Shown here: positions 56,801 to 64,000 of the stretch, in pieces
Numbering within the stretch: position 1 is the first letter of the stretch
How the letters are laid out: every line of letters starts with the position of its first letter
From: Giardia intestinalis
Taxonomy: Eukaryota
Length of the DNA: 64,000 nucleotides
NCBI GenBank assembly: GCA_000002435.2
Contig: CM018789.1
Strand: one strand, 5' to 3'
Notes under the pieces: model-generated
Told to the model about the DNA's origin: nothing
Databases searched by the model: none
Seen by the model: the letters and a program-made list of their open reading frames with translations, nothing else
Made by a program: the position numbers and the translations under genes

Positions 56801-58081
56801 CTCTGGAAGTAGCCTCCTTTCGAAGGAAAGGATATTTCCACAAATAGTCTCACTCTGCGTTGGATTAGATTGAGAAAACGCATCTTCAAGGTCCTTCACC
56901 TGGGGAGACAAGTGAGACCCGCACTTATCTGACGAAGTATATTGTGGCATATTGGCACAGGGGCTTCCCGCTTGCGAATTATTCTCCTCGCAACAACTGG
57001 GAGAGGCAGTGCCAGGAAGCATAGATGCATGTTCCACTTTAGTTGGCTGCTTAAAGGATTGAGACTTCTTGCCCTCAGCAGTCACGAAAGGTTCATGAGA
57101 AAACTCTGCTTCCGTGCCCTGGCCAGGGTCTGGCCAAGAATTAGCTGTGTCAGTATGCATTTCTTCTTGTGACTCGAGTACGTCATGCATATTCTGCGAG
57201 CCCAAGCTGCCAGCTATGACCAACGGCTGCTTAAGTTGTAACGCAAAAGCGCCTTCTTGTTCCACGCCAGTAGTTGCATGGAGCATGCTCCTCATAGATC
57301 TCTCTGTTCTTTTGACAAGGTTAACATTCTTCAGGGTGTAAAGAGCATTCTTGTGGGCCTCTCGATTACGAGCCTCCTTGTGATGAAAACGGGAACTCTT
57401 TGGTTGCGGAGTTATGGTTGAGACTTCTTGCTTCGAGCCATCTGTCGACTTTTCGCAAATCTCGGGAGGCTTATTGGCATGTGTCAAAATGGGTGGGGGA
57501 TGTCCCAAAGTCGCCTGACGAACCGGCTCAGCCACAGAAAGCATGCCCCCTCTCCGCTTTTCCCTCCACTGACTAACGGAGTGTAAAACATTGTACTTGG
57601 TTGTGCTGTAGCCCTCATTACAGTACATCACGCGAGGTAACGTGACTGTCCGCCGAGAGTGGTTAGAGATCAAAACGCGGGGCTTCCTTGTGTCCATGTT
57701 CTTGTCATCCGAATAGATGTGTTCATTGAGGACTATTTGGGAGGGCATGACATAGCGTTTCTGGCCACTGGTTCGGAGCCCAAGAAGATCTATGGAGTCA
57801 TCGCCCTTAACAGGCCGCAACCTTAGAAGCTGCTCTCTTTCTGGCTCAGTATGGACGACGATGCCTGTGTCTCTAGCGGAAAAGCTTCTATTGGGTCGCT
57901 CTGAAAGTGGCCTCTTGCGTTCTGCCCTTCTGATAATCATGGACGCCGTGTATGGGCATAGCAATGGCTCAGACGGCCTCCCTGAAAAGCTAGATGATTC
58001 ACAAAGGGCCGCTTTAGACAGAGAAGAGACAGGGCGGTCTGGATTTGTTTTTGTTCTGGGCAGACTTACTGTCCGATGCAC
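53876..58081 (-). CDS. hypothetical Pro/Ser-rich low-complexity protein (1401 aa)
   Basis: Uninterrupted 4.2 kb ORF. An ATG lies immediately upstream of the listed GTG start. It overlaps the 3' end of Ncs6 by 9 nt. Confidence 0.55.
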   Translation of the reverse strand: MHRTVSLPRTKTNPDRPVSSLSKAALCESSSFSGRPSEPLLCPYTASMIIRRAERKRPLSERPNRSFSARDTGIVVHTEPEREQLLRLRPVKGDDSIDLLGLRTSGQKRYVMPSQIVLNEHIYSDDKNMDTRKPRVLISNHSRRTVTLPRVMYCNEGYSTTKYNVLHSVSQWREKRRGGMLSVAEPVRQATLGHPPPILTHANKPPEICEKSTDGSKQEVSTITPQPKSSRFHHKEARNREAHKNALYTLKNVNLVKRTERSMRSMLHATTGVEQEGAFALQLKQPLVIAGSLGSQNMHDVLESQEEMHTDTANSWPDPGQGTEAEFSHEPFVTAEGKKSQSFKQPTKVEHASMLPGTASPSCCEENNSQAGSPCANMPQYTSSDKCGSHLSPQVKDLEDAFSQSNPTQSETICGNILSFERRLLPESGNDSFVIHPLQYYTSEDTASQSRENSESVHLSSISLPLLTTDLPTDTSSDTSYHFTDRPIDARPSYDAPISPVVSRVPTATPPPMHIDQKSSRTSYVCVSPPLAIKPSIPPSKLLTSQHGLSSPSQEEKMHQPRAFLQSSFTHIRPNPSFRGRIPKRFTLSSPPALCSQTQLQVGSKASRLQERGAQNYYWMPDLTKLAGLIVHSLVAIEPIPFHNAAQPMPTDLPAPSVLRVPMPSEFQHVASQTDACGAVVPSKPPPPINLGISRYPPQLRAFIKASASGTKTELQRLRNKAASSTVSRRSSDLPKLRCYKLRSASAYVSRTEPLRPDLLSFRPRTAPAFGMLPLHSPAHLRLLYNTPMTIERENIIRSVKDIPSPYVPSDIRIFPEDLSGTSPVDTRIECQTPHASSRIVRSVYAPMKIPTKENQISTMCNAVSARTNALTEEDVKDIKQIFHNTSHDSALSPYAQRLVTPDQKNCVTKLFNDLRKDAEIRRIYGIDRVKRGLNMELYKRIKYSDGDTVIHKVRGLHPDTDSSAPDGFEPPDFRELTNEITSPQDATIEADRNLKAVKAFFYTPSSSPLEESLPTDRFEEAQHEGPHLSLAQNLTEVVISTPTHNPMIGISKQALDVTPNRLLTTPLPNLRRSETALPSCPHSNMMLDYIAYLQAYTPKLRAPPQRNHAAKSAALNTTAYDSHLTKLLKEGLNRQRCASFGISRPLSCAPSCTRSKEPARPPVSARTASRIDTGSSQVILDDHGCLTSTDRPTVHNHLVEPVTVLQTGDEVTREAKDDEATLNIPVSDGCKQLFEDPHGCQNLDPVSLQEAPTNVFAEHDGDANGALVRGLMHDSDKRITNTLEKLPPNPPPDKHDRGPRQRAVAGDKTVSNRKACRRFYKEAIIDRDVGRVYRGYAQCTAPRLHPFTPAQLNYEKLLSRPLTATKETITKKLTLYQIDTKEIAPVTPLLTDRAHACSLH

Positions 58082-58332
58082 ATGCTATCGGCCTCTACAT
58101 GTCTCAATGACAGAGTTTAGAGACCTACAAAAGAGTCTTCTAGACGGTGGTGAGGGGAAGAAACTCTTGCAAATGCAACCCACAAGTGGCCGTGAAAGCA
58201 GAGAGGCACCCTCATTATAATCCCATCACAAGCGCGGAGTTAGCGCATCACCCCTGTGCCCAGCTGACAGCAGATAGCGCGCACAAACCCTGCCTAAAAA
58301 CAGTAACAGTTTATTCACGATACAGCCCAACA

Positions 58333-58590
58333 TCATTGGGCATCCTCCGGAATGTTTCCGTCATGAGGGCGCCTGAACATCAGAATATTTGGTTCTGGCT
58401 TATGGTAATCATAGTGCACCCAGCCTTGCGACATCTGAATGCCTAGGCCTCGCCACTCCTGCTCCGACAACAAGTGGTCAAAGTTATATTTTTTCACCAT
58501 CTCTTCTGGCATGATAACGTGTCGGTACTCGTATACGTCGTCGTAGTACTTGCGCGAGTAATAAAAACCGTTGTGAGCCGTACCTGACAT
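58333..58590 (-). CDS. CKS1: cyclin-dependent kinase regulatory subunit Cks1/Suc1
   Basis: The 85-aa product carries the Cks signature regions YYSRKYYDDVYEYRHV..P, LLSEQEWRGLGIQMSQGWVHYDYH and EPNILMFRRP. Confidence 0.9.
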   Translation of the reverse strand: MSGTAHNGFYYSRKYYDDVYEYRHVIMPEEMVKKYNFDHLLSEQEWRGLGIQMSQGWVHYDYHKPEPNILMFRRPHDGNIPEDAQ

Positions 58591-58624
58591 TTGATTTTTG
58601 ACCTTCAGAATTTCTGTGGAGAAA

Positions 58625-60163
58625 CTAGTGGAACAAGGCTGTATATGCGCTCAAGGAAGGCGATTTCTTGTCATAGAGGCATGCTATGGCTCGTTTCCAC
58701 TGAGAAGTCTCCTCGATAAAGGCTGCATTCTGACCCTCATCTAACCCACTATTTTCACTAGCCTCTTCGCTTTCTTCGCTTTCCTGATTAGACTTTTTGA
58801 CTGCTAGTAGCTCATCTATTTTACTGATGAGTCTGTCTGCGCGTTCCTTGTACTCTGCAAGATATTGTCCTGTGGGGAGGTTCTTAGATCCGTGATCAGA
58901 GTATCTCATGTGGGCCAGAATTAGGATTGCTTTTCTGATGCTTGCTACCAGCTCCCGTGAAGGTCTAACTGCTGATTGCGGTAGATCCACGATTGCGTCC
59001 ACGATAAGCATTATCTTCTTATTAACTCCTGCCCTACTCAGCTCTGTTGTAAAGGAGTCGCTGAGTCTATCATTGCTCTTAAAAAGGGAACATATGTATG
59101 TGAAGACGGTGGCGTACGGTTGGAGAACAAACGGCTCCTCTTCCGGAATTGAAAGTAAGATAGACAAGGCATCACAGAAGAGGTTCATCTTAATTATGTT
59201 TTTGTAATTCTCATACAGGACAGCAAGGTAGGCGATGATGTCTCCTGCTCTTCTCATCCGCTCGGTGTCACTCATGATTCTGGTCAGCGAGATAACGAAC
59301 GGCTTAAGAAACAAGTCTGATGCCAGCAGGGCGATGCAGCATCTTTGAGGATCGGATGGAGACAGGGAAGAGAAAAGTATGCTGGGCTGCAGGATGGCTG
59401 TGTACGAAAAGAGGCTCCGCAGCTGCTCGATTGTTTGAAGTGTGAAAGGTGTCTGAATCGCGAATGTCAAAATCACATAGATGTCATGGTAGCTTGTGAA
59501 CTCTCTCTGCTTGCGGACGTTTAGGATTTTTGTGAGCAAGTCGACGGGGTTCTTGGATATTTCGGCGCAGGTAGGAGCCTTTGTCTGATTGGTCAGTTCG
59601 AAGAAATTCCCGTTATAGAAATCGCTCAGCTGTGCAGTGTCCTTTGGAAGCGCTACCCTGGGCAGAGAAAAGAGGTACTGCTCCAAAGCCGTTTTGATCT
59701 CAGGGGATATGTTGCTGAGCCAGGAAATAGGGAAGCGGGGGGCATAGCCTGCCATTACCGACTGCTTCGTCAGTTTGCGCTTCTTCTTTGGCGCAGATTC
59801 CTCGTTGGTAGGGTCTGCGGTGTTCTGCTCAAGGAAGGACTGTTTGCCGCGTGGCTCTAAAAATAAGGTGCCGTTCACGTCGTAGCCACTCACCAATATG
59901 GTTTTCTGCCAGAGGGGCGCGCCATCATGAACGTAGCCGGCGGGAAGCTCAGCGGGTGGAAAGTAAAGGGCCTGCATGCTGTAAAATACTAATGCCCAGT
60001 ATAATTTTATGCAATCTGAAAAGAAGGCAGGGACAGATGAGTTGGCACGCAGGAGAGGCTTTGGAGCGGCGCGAGTCGCACAAGCTACGCGAGCCCAGGA
60101 CCGCCGAAGAGGGAGAAGACATCGAAGAAACCATTGTGGAGGCGACGCGGGTAGCGCAGGCAC
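58625..60163 (-). CDS. hypothetical protein
   Basis: ORF whose likely start is the internal ATG at 59977 (MQALYF…, about 450 aa). The 62 codons upstream read like non-coding translation. It carries a KKKRKL basic patch and an acidic Ser/Glu C-terminal region. Confidence 0.5.
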   Translation of the reverse strand: MPALPASPPQWFLRCLLPLRRSWARVACATRAAPKPLLRANSSVPAFFSDCIKLYWALVFYSMQALYFPPAELPAGYVHDGAPLWQKTILVSGYDVNGTLFLEPRGKQSFLEQNTADPTNEESAPKKKRKLTKQSVMAGYAPRFPISWLSNISPEIKTALEQYLFSLPRVALPKDTAQLSDFYNGNFFELTNQTKAPTCAEISKNPVDLLTKILNVRKQREFTSYHDIYVILTFAIQTPFTLQTIEQLRSLFSYTAILQPSILFSSLSPSDPQRCCIALLASDLFLKPFVISLTRIMSDTERMRRAGDIIAYLAVLYENYKNIIKMNLFCDALSILLSIPEEEPFVLQPYATVFTYICSLFKSNDRLSDSFTTELSRAGVNKKIMLIVDAIVDLPQSAVRPSRELVASIRKAILILAHMRYSDHGSKNLPTGQYLAEYKERADRLISKIDELLAVKKSNQESEESEEASENSGLDEGQNAAFIEETSQWKRAIACLYDKKSPSLSAYTALFH

Positions 60164-62187
60164 TCGAGGCCTTGTCTCAGCGGACGGACTATATCGTGTC
60201 CCTCGTGAGCCCGGACAAGGCTTCGGAAGAATTCAGACTAAAGATATTCACATTCATCTCTAAAGTAATAGAGGCTGTACTGCCGAATACATTGATTGTG
60301 CCTTACGGCAGCTTCATCTCCAAGATCTATCTTCCAAGCTCTGACTTGGATATCTGCTGCTTCAACCATGGTCTTGACGAGATACCCCTTCTGCAGAAGA
60401 TTCTGGAAGCGCTTACGGTTTTCAGTGATCCGAGCCTTCGACCGACCGGAGTCCGGGTCCCTCCCGCAGTGTCCCAACTCATCAATTCACGTATACCGAC
60501 GGAGGAGCGGTTGGAACTAGAGAATATTGAGTTCATCATGGCAAAGGTGTCCTTGATTAAGTGCACCGTTTGTGGATTGGGAGTGGACATCTCGGCGGCC
60601 CAGCCCGGCTCACTGGTTACGTCTCTACTAATAGAGAAGCTTTCTCAGTCCATCGGGCGCAATAACCTTCTTAAGCGCTCTTTTCTCCTCATCCAGTCCT
60701 GGTGTTTATATGAGGCGAGAATCGTCGGTGGACACTCACAGATGCTTAGCTCTTACGCACTCCGCGTTATGGTGATCAACATCTTACTAAATTGCAGAGA
60801 TATCTATACGCCTTTCCAGGCGCTATATGTCTTTCTTGCATATTATTCTAGTTTTGACTACGATAGGGACATTGTCCATCCTTCTGGGCCTCTTCCAAAG
60901 CCTCCAGCCCATGAGTCTCTTACGGCGGCTCAGCTCAGTGGAAGTATGGAGGTGTTAGAGAGCCACATCTCGCCGTCGTATCTAAATCATCTGCGGTTTC
61001 TCAGAGACCTGTGCAGTGGGACAATATACAAGCCCGAGGTTCAGAATGTTTACGAAATAGTTAAGACGTACTTTGAGAAGCTCAGAGAAGCTCAGGAAAA
61101 GCCACTAGAGAGACTTGGAGACCCGCATGAGACGGATGAAACCCGCTCTACGCCGATTGATGATAGAAACACCGTGTCTGCTCAAGCAGATGTGCCGTCT
61201 TCTGTAGATGGTACAAAGGATCACGCAGTGGGTAGTGATTTTGTCAGTGTGGACTTGGATGATCGGAGACATCAAGGCACAGGTGAGAGGGCTTTTCCTA
61301 AGCGGCAGTGTAAGCATACAACCGGGCTAGTATTCTCTAGTGTGCCGACCAGCACCGAGAGCGCCACATCCATGGCCAGTTCAAATGCTGATGCGCTGCC
61401 TCACCAAGAAAAGGTATTCACAGATGATGCAGATGGTGTTGAGGCCGCATCACTGTCCCAGCGTCTGGGCCTTAAGCACCATGCAGTGGGCGGTGATCAG
61501 AATGCAGTAAGTCCCTCTGTCTCTCCTTCCCTTTCTGGTCGCCAGCCTGCACTAGAGAGCAAGCCATTTTCTAATGCACCTAGACCAAACACCAAAACAG
61601 AGACGGTCTCCTACGATCCGGTCTCACTAAAAGGGCTGACCAACATGTCTCGCTCTATCCTTTCTTACTTTAAGGACCAGGGAGCATTTAATGAACCGAA
61701 TCTCAACGATCATGACATCCTGCTCCTTTTTAAGCGGTATTTTTCTATGGGCACACTCCCTAACGTGCTATCGGACTCTCGAGCGTTTCTCCCTTCCTAC
61801 ATCTCAATAGTGGATCCCCTTCAGGTGATTAATAACTTGGGGCGCTCTGTCTCTGAGCCTAACTTCATGAGAATCACTCGGTCCTTTCAGACTGCACACA
61901 TAGTTCTTTCCGATATAGTTCAAATGTGTACCACAGGAAACATGACCATAACGGAAGCATTAGCGGAATACGACTGCTTTTTCATCTCTACTCTTTCTAT
62001 CTTTGGAGACATGAGTATAGAGAAGCTGACTGGTGGCGTATCTGACCTGTCTATCAACGTAGACGTGCTGGAGGCAGGGTGCCACCTTGTCGGGGCAACA
62101 GTATTGGGGTTCCCGATCGATGCACGGTCCTCACTGGTCGGATGCCTCCAGATTGGCTCTTGCCAGCCCACACCCGGTACTAAGTAG
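59851..62187 (+). CDS. non-canonical poly(A)/poly(U) polymerase (Cid1/Trf4/GLD-2 family nucleotidyltransferase)
   Basis: Nucleotidyltransferase motif GSFISKIYLPSSDLDICCF and a PAP-associated domain (RSFLLIQSWCLYEARIVGG…ALRVMVINIL). The likely ATG is at 59992 (GTAAAATACTAATG). AGTAAAT lies 10 nt after the stop. Confidence 0.8.
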   Translation: MALKIRCRSRRSHSPIWFSARGARHHERSRREAQRVESKGPACCKILMPSIILCNLKRRQGQMSWHAGEALERRESHKLREPRTAEEGEDIEETIVEATRVAQALEALSQRTDYIVSLVSPDKASEEFRLKIFTFISKVIEAVLPNTLIVPYGSFISKIYLPSSDLDICCFNHGLDEIPLLQKILEALTVFSDPSLRPTGVRVPPAVSQLINSRIPTEERLELENIEFIMAKVSLIKCTVCGLGVDISAAQPGSLVTSLLIEKLSQSIGRNNLLKRSFLLIQSWCLYEARIVGGHSQMLSSYALRVMVINILLNCRDIYTPFQALYVFLAYYSSFDYDRDIVHPSGPLPKPPAHESLTAAQLSGSMEVLESHISPSYLNHLRFLRDLCSGTIYKPEVQNVYEIVKTYFEKLREAQEKPLERLGDPHETDETRSTPIDDRNTVSAQADVPSSVDGTKDHAVGSDFVSVDLDDRRHQGTGERAFPKRQCKHTTGLVFSSVPTSTESATSMASSNADALPHQEKVFTDDADGVEAASLSQRLGLKHHAVGGDQNAVSPSVSPSLSGRQPALESKPFSNAPRPNTKTETVSYDPVSLKGLTNMSRSILSYFKDQGAFNEPNLNDHDILLLFKRYFSMGTLPNVLSDSRAFLPSYISIVDPLQVINNLGRSVSEPNFMRITRSFQTAHIVLSDIVQMCTTGNMTITEALAEYDCFFISTLSIFGDMSIEKLTGGVSDLSINVDVLEAGCHLVGATVLGFPIDARSSLVGCLQIGSCQPTPGTK
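59978..59991. promoter_or_regulatory. 14-bp AT-rich spacer between likely divergent start codons
   Basis: GCTGTAAAATACTA lies between the minus ATG ending at 59977 and the plus ATG at 59992. Confidence 0.4.
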
Positions 62188-62196
62188 TAAACTAGG

Positions 62197-62203
62197 TAGT
62201 AAA
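62197..62203 (+). promoter_or_regulatory. AGTAAAT polyadenylation signal of the poly(A) polymerase gene
   Basis: TAG stop at 62185-62187 followed by TAAACTAGGTAGTAAATC. This matches the Giardia AGTRAAY consensus. Confidence 0.6.
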
Positions 62204-62215
62204 TCAAAAAAGGAC

Positions 62216-64000
62216 ATGGCAAAGGGAACCAGGATTCGATCCATTCCCATCTCCAATCAGCTGTCTGCGTTCATAGTCTTCTTTCTGAAGCTTCAGCTAA
62301 TGAATTGGATGTCGACCCTGTTTGTCGTAATCTTTCCCTTTATCTTTTACATTATGCTGTATGCTCTAAAAGAACTTCTCTATTGGCTCACAGAGGGGGC
62401 CCCCTTGCGCATAGGGTTGATAGAAATAGCAATGACCCTTTTTGCCACCCCAGTGTCCCAGCCGCTGAAGACAAATGCGAGTCTTCCGTACCTCATCGAC
62501 CAACAGAAGTACCACTTAACTAACGGACTTAGTATCGGCCACTCATTTAGCGCAACGTCCACGCCAGTCACCGGGCTCACGTTTGGCTCTATAGGAAACT
62601 GCCACGGCACAACCACTGTCCTCAACGTTCTTCCCATTATCCAACTCATTCCTATTCCAGGCATTAAGATCTCTGCAGATTCCTTGGGGCTCAAAACATG
62701 TAAGGATGGAACGCAGACAAACTACACGGGGAGTATTCACAATCTATCCATTAACAGCCAGCCCATCATCGATTCTGCCATTTTCACAGTTATGACAGAG
62801 ACCTTCTATCTCCAGCCAGAGGAGCAGTTTTCTCTAAATCCTGAGTTCTATACCGTCAGAAACAATCAGCTCAATTTCTCAATAATGGGTCCACTAGAGA
62901 TCCACAATCTCGACAGATGCAACTTCAGCATATATACACGCGATTGCCCGCTATTAGAGACCAACCAGGCTATTGTGGGAGGTTCTACAAATGTTACCGA
63001 GGACACGTATCTCAAGTCAACCACTGACATGGTGTATAGAGCATGGTACCAGCTCCGCTATGCCTCTGGGACTCCAGAGCAAGGAGCTCCCGGCCTCCCC
63101 GAGGGTCTTCCGGTGGGGAAGCCCATCCCACAGTTTAAGGTCATCGACTATGTTCTCATCCCAGACGTCAGGTGGATCACAGACGTTCTCATGGAGCAAG
63201 GGAGCTATCTGGTCTTGCTCTTCATAGGGCACATCGTCATCCCATTAATCACTGTTCTTCTTGTTACGCAGGCATGCACAGGTTTCACGAGTTTAATCTA
63301 TTCATCTGGCCTCCATCCTGTCGTGTATTATTTAACGTTCTTTATCTATTACTACTTAGTGTCTCTTGCAATGTCAGTTATAAATGTCTTCGCTAGCATG
63401 GCATTCTCGATGGATAGTGTTAACAAGTTGGGGGGCCTTCTCGTCATAATAACATTTACCTATCCAATCTTTTCCATCCCACTAGCATTTGCATTTGCAA
63501 TGGCCTTTAAATCCGTGTTCTCTGCTGCAATCATATCCTGGTTCAGTGTAATTTTCGTTCCCCAGATGATTTTGCTTTTATCTAAGGTATTGCCGTTCAG
63601 AATCAATATATTGGCCTGGTTCCTGCCATTTTCCTCCCTATCTTACATAACATCAAGCATCACCATTGAGTCCGGGGCGATAAACGGCATCCTTGTCTTT
63701 TGTGCAATCCAGTGCGCGATCTATGGACCGGTAATGCTATTCTTGGAGATCTACCTCACTGCACGTGGTATAGCGAAAAGAAAGGGGCTTCTGAAGTCTC
63801 AGCAGCTTGAGCAAGCCGAGCTGACGATAGCAGAAGATGACCAGGAGAACGTTGCCGTGAGTGTCTCCAACCTGAGCAAGACATTCAAGGCTAGGTCAGG
63901 GTATGTTCATGCTGTGAAGAACCTTTCCTTCCAGGTGCGGACGGGGGAGATTTTCTCCCTACTGGGACACAATGGCTGTGGGAAGTCGACTACTGTGAAC
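62216..64000 (+). CDS. ABCA-type ABC transporter, N-terminal half (TM1, extracellular domain, TM bundle, NBD1); 3'-partial; one in-frame TGA as read
   Basis: This gene is absent from the supplied ORF track. My reading gives an ATG at 62216 (context AAATCAAAAAAGGACATG), then TM1. An in-frame TGA sits at 62843-62845. The same frame then continues without a stop to the window end, through hydrophobic helices and LSFQVRTGEIFSLLGHNGCGKSTTVN (Walker A of NBD1). Confidence 0.75.
   Translation, partial: MAKGTRIRSIPISNQLSAFIVFFLKLQLMNWMSTLFVVIFPFIFYIMLYALKELLYWLTEGAPLRIGLIEIAMTLFATPVSQPLKTNASLPYLIDQQKYHLTNGLSIGHSFSATSTPVTGLTFGSIGNCHGTTTVLNVLPIIQLIPIPGIKISADSLGLKTCKDGTQTNYTGSIHNLSINSQPIIDSAIFTVMTETFYLQPEEQFSLNPEFYTVRNNQLNFSIMGPLEIHNLDRCNFSIYTRDCPLLETNQAIVGGSTNVTEDTYLKSTTDMVYRAWYQLRYASGTPEQGAPGLPEGLPVGKPIPQFKVIDYVLIPDVRWITDVLMEQGSYLVLLFIGHIVIPLITVLLVTQACTGFTSLIYSSGLHPVVYYLTFFIYYYLVSLAMSVINVFASMAFSMDSVNKLGGLLVIITFTYPIFSIPLAFAFAMAFKSVFSAAIISWFSVIFVPQMILLLSKVLPFRINILAWFLPFSSLSYITSSITIESGAINGILVFCAIQCAIYGPVMLFLEIYLTARGIAKRKGLLKSQQLEQAELTIAEDDQENVAVSVSNLSKTFKARSGYVHAVKNLSFQVRTGEIFSLLGHNGCGKSTTVN

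Noticed and set aside
58240-58300. GCGC…GCGC hairpin (AGCGCGGAGTTAGCGC) suggestive of a tRNA arm in the Cks1 and giant-ORF spacer
   Set aside because: There is no T-loop GTTCGA/ATCC, no acceptor-stem complementarity and no cloverleaf within 70-90 nt. It is probably a UTR hairpin.
62843-62845. Selenocysteine interpretation of the in-frame TGA in the ABCA gene
   Set aside because: The codon lies in an extracellular loop domain of a transporter, not in a redox-active site. No SECIS-like context is evident. An error, pseudogene or readthrough explanation is more parsimonious.
2-64000. Possibility that the ABC NBD at the window start and the ABCA N-terminal half at the window end are parts of one gene
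   Set aside because: They lie 61 kb apart on a linear eukaryotic segment, each with its own flanking genes. The first is a C-terminal NBD running off the left edge. The second is an N-terminal half running off the right edge. I conclude they are two different transporter genes.
1-64000. Prokaryotic interpretation (operons, defence islands, CRISPR, mobile elements)
   Set aside because: I found no repeat-spacer arrays, no integrase, transposase or RT motifs, and no Shine-Dalgarno-type organisation. The gene content (Cks1, SET, Ctu1, Cid1 PAP, NEK/ankyrin, ABCA) and AGTAAAT signals point to a diplomonad nuclear genome.

Overview
This window looks like a gene-dense eukaryotic chromosomal segment. 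I infer Giardia intestinalis (or a close diplomonad) from the gene content, the gene architecture, AT-rich initiator contexts and AGTAAAT-type polyadenylation signals. That assignment is an inference from sequence features, not a database match. About 26 protein genes fill roughly 95% of the window. Intergenic spacers are often only 1-40 bp, there are no obvious introns, and many reading frames run uninterrupted for 3-8 kb.

Genes I can recognise:
- two different ABCA-type ABC transporters, one partial at each end of the window
- a SET-domain lysine methyltransferase
- a transmembrane metallophosphoesterase
- two giant divergent acyl-CoA-synthetase-like paralogs in inverted orientation
- two ankyrin-repeat proteins with degenerate NEK-like kinase domains, each preceded by a paralogous small membrane-protein gene (a tandem two-gene cassette)
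- Ncs6/Ctu1 tRNA 2-thiolation ATPase
- Cks1 (CDK regulatory subunit)
- a Cid1/Trf4-type non-canonical poly(A) polymerase
- several giant Ser/Thr/Pro-rich or alpha-helical ORFs with no recognisable domain

Points worth a second look:
- The supplied ORF track omits the ABCA gene at 62216-64000. As I read the sequence, that gene contains a single in-frame TGA.
- A roughly 1.7 kb island at about 67% GC (bulk is about 45-50%) covers the 3' ends of two convergent genes.
- Four of five convergent gene pairs overlap at their stop regions.
- Three head-to-head gene pairs have only 11-35 bp between start codons.
- One AGTAAAT polyadenylation signal contains the ATG of the next gene.
- An atypically long 390 bp spacer carries a tandem 9-mer and short inverted repeat.

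The ORF track calls alternative start codons as M. Many listed starts therefore lie upstream of the first A-rich-context ATG, and I give the ATG-based start in the evidence fields. Coordinates below follow the ORF track where it exists. My single-nucleotide reading is imperfect; I saw 1-nt register discrepancies near 54000-54181 and near 58080.
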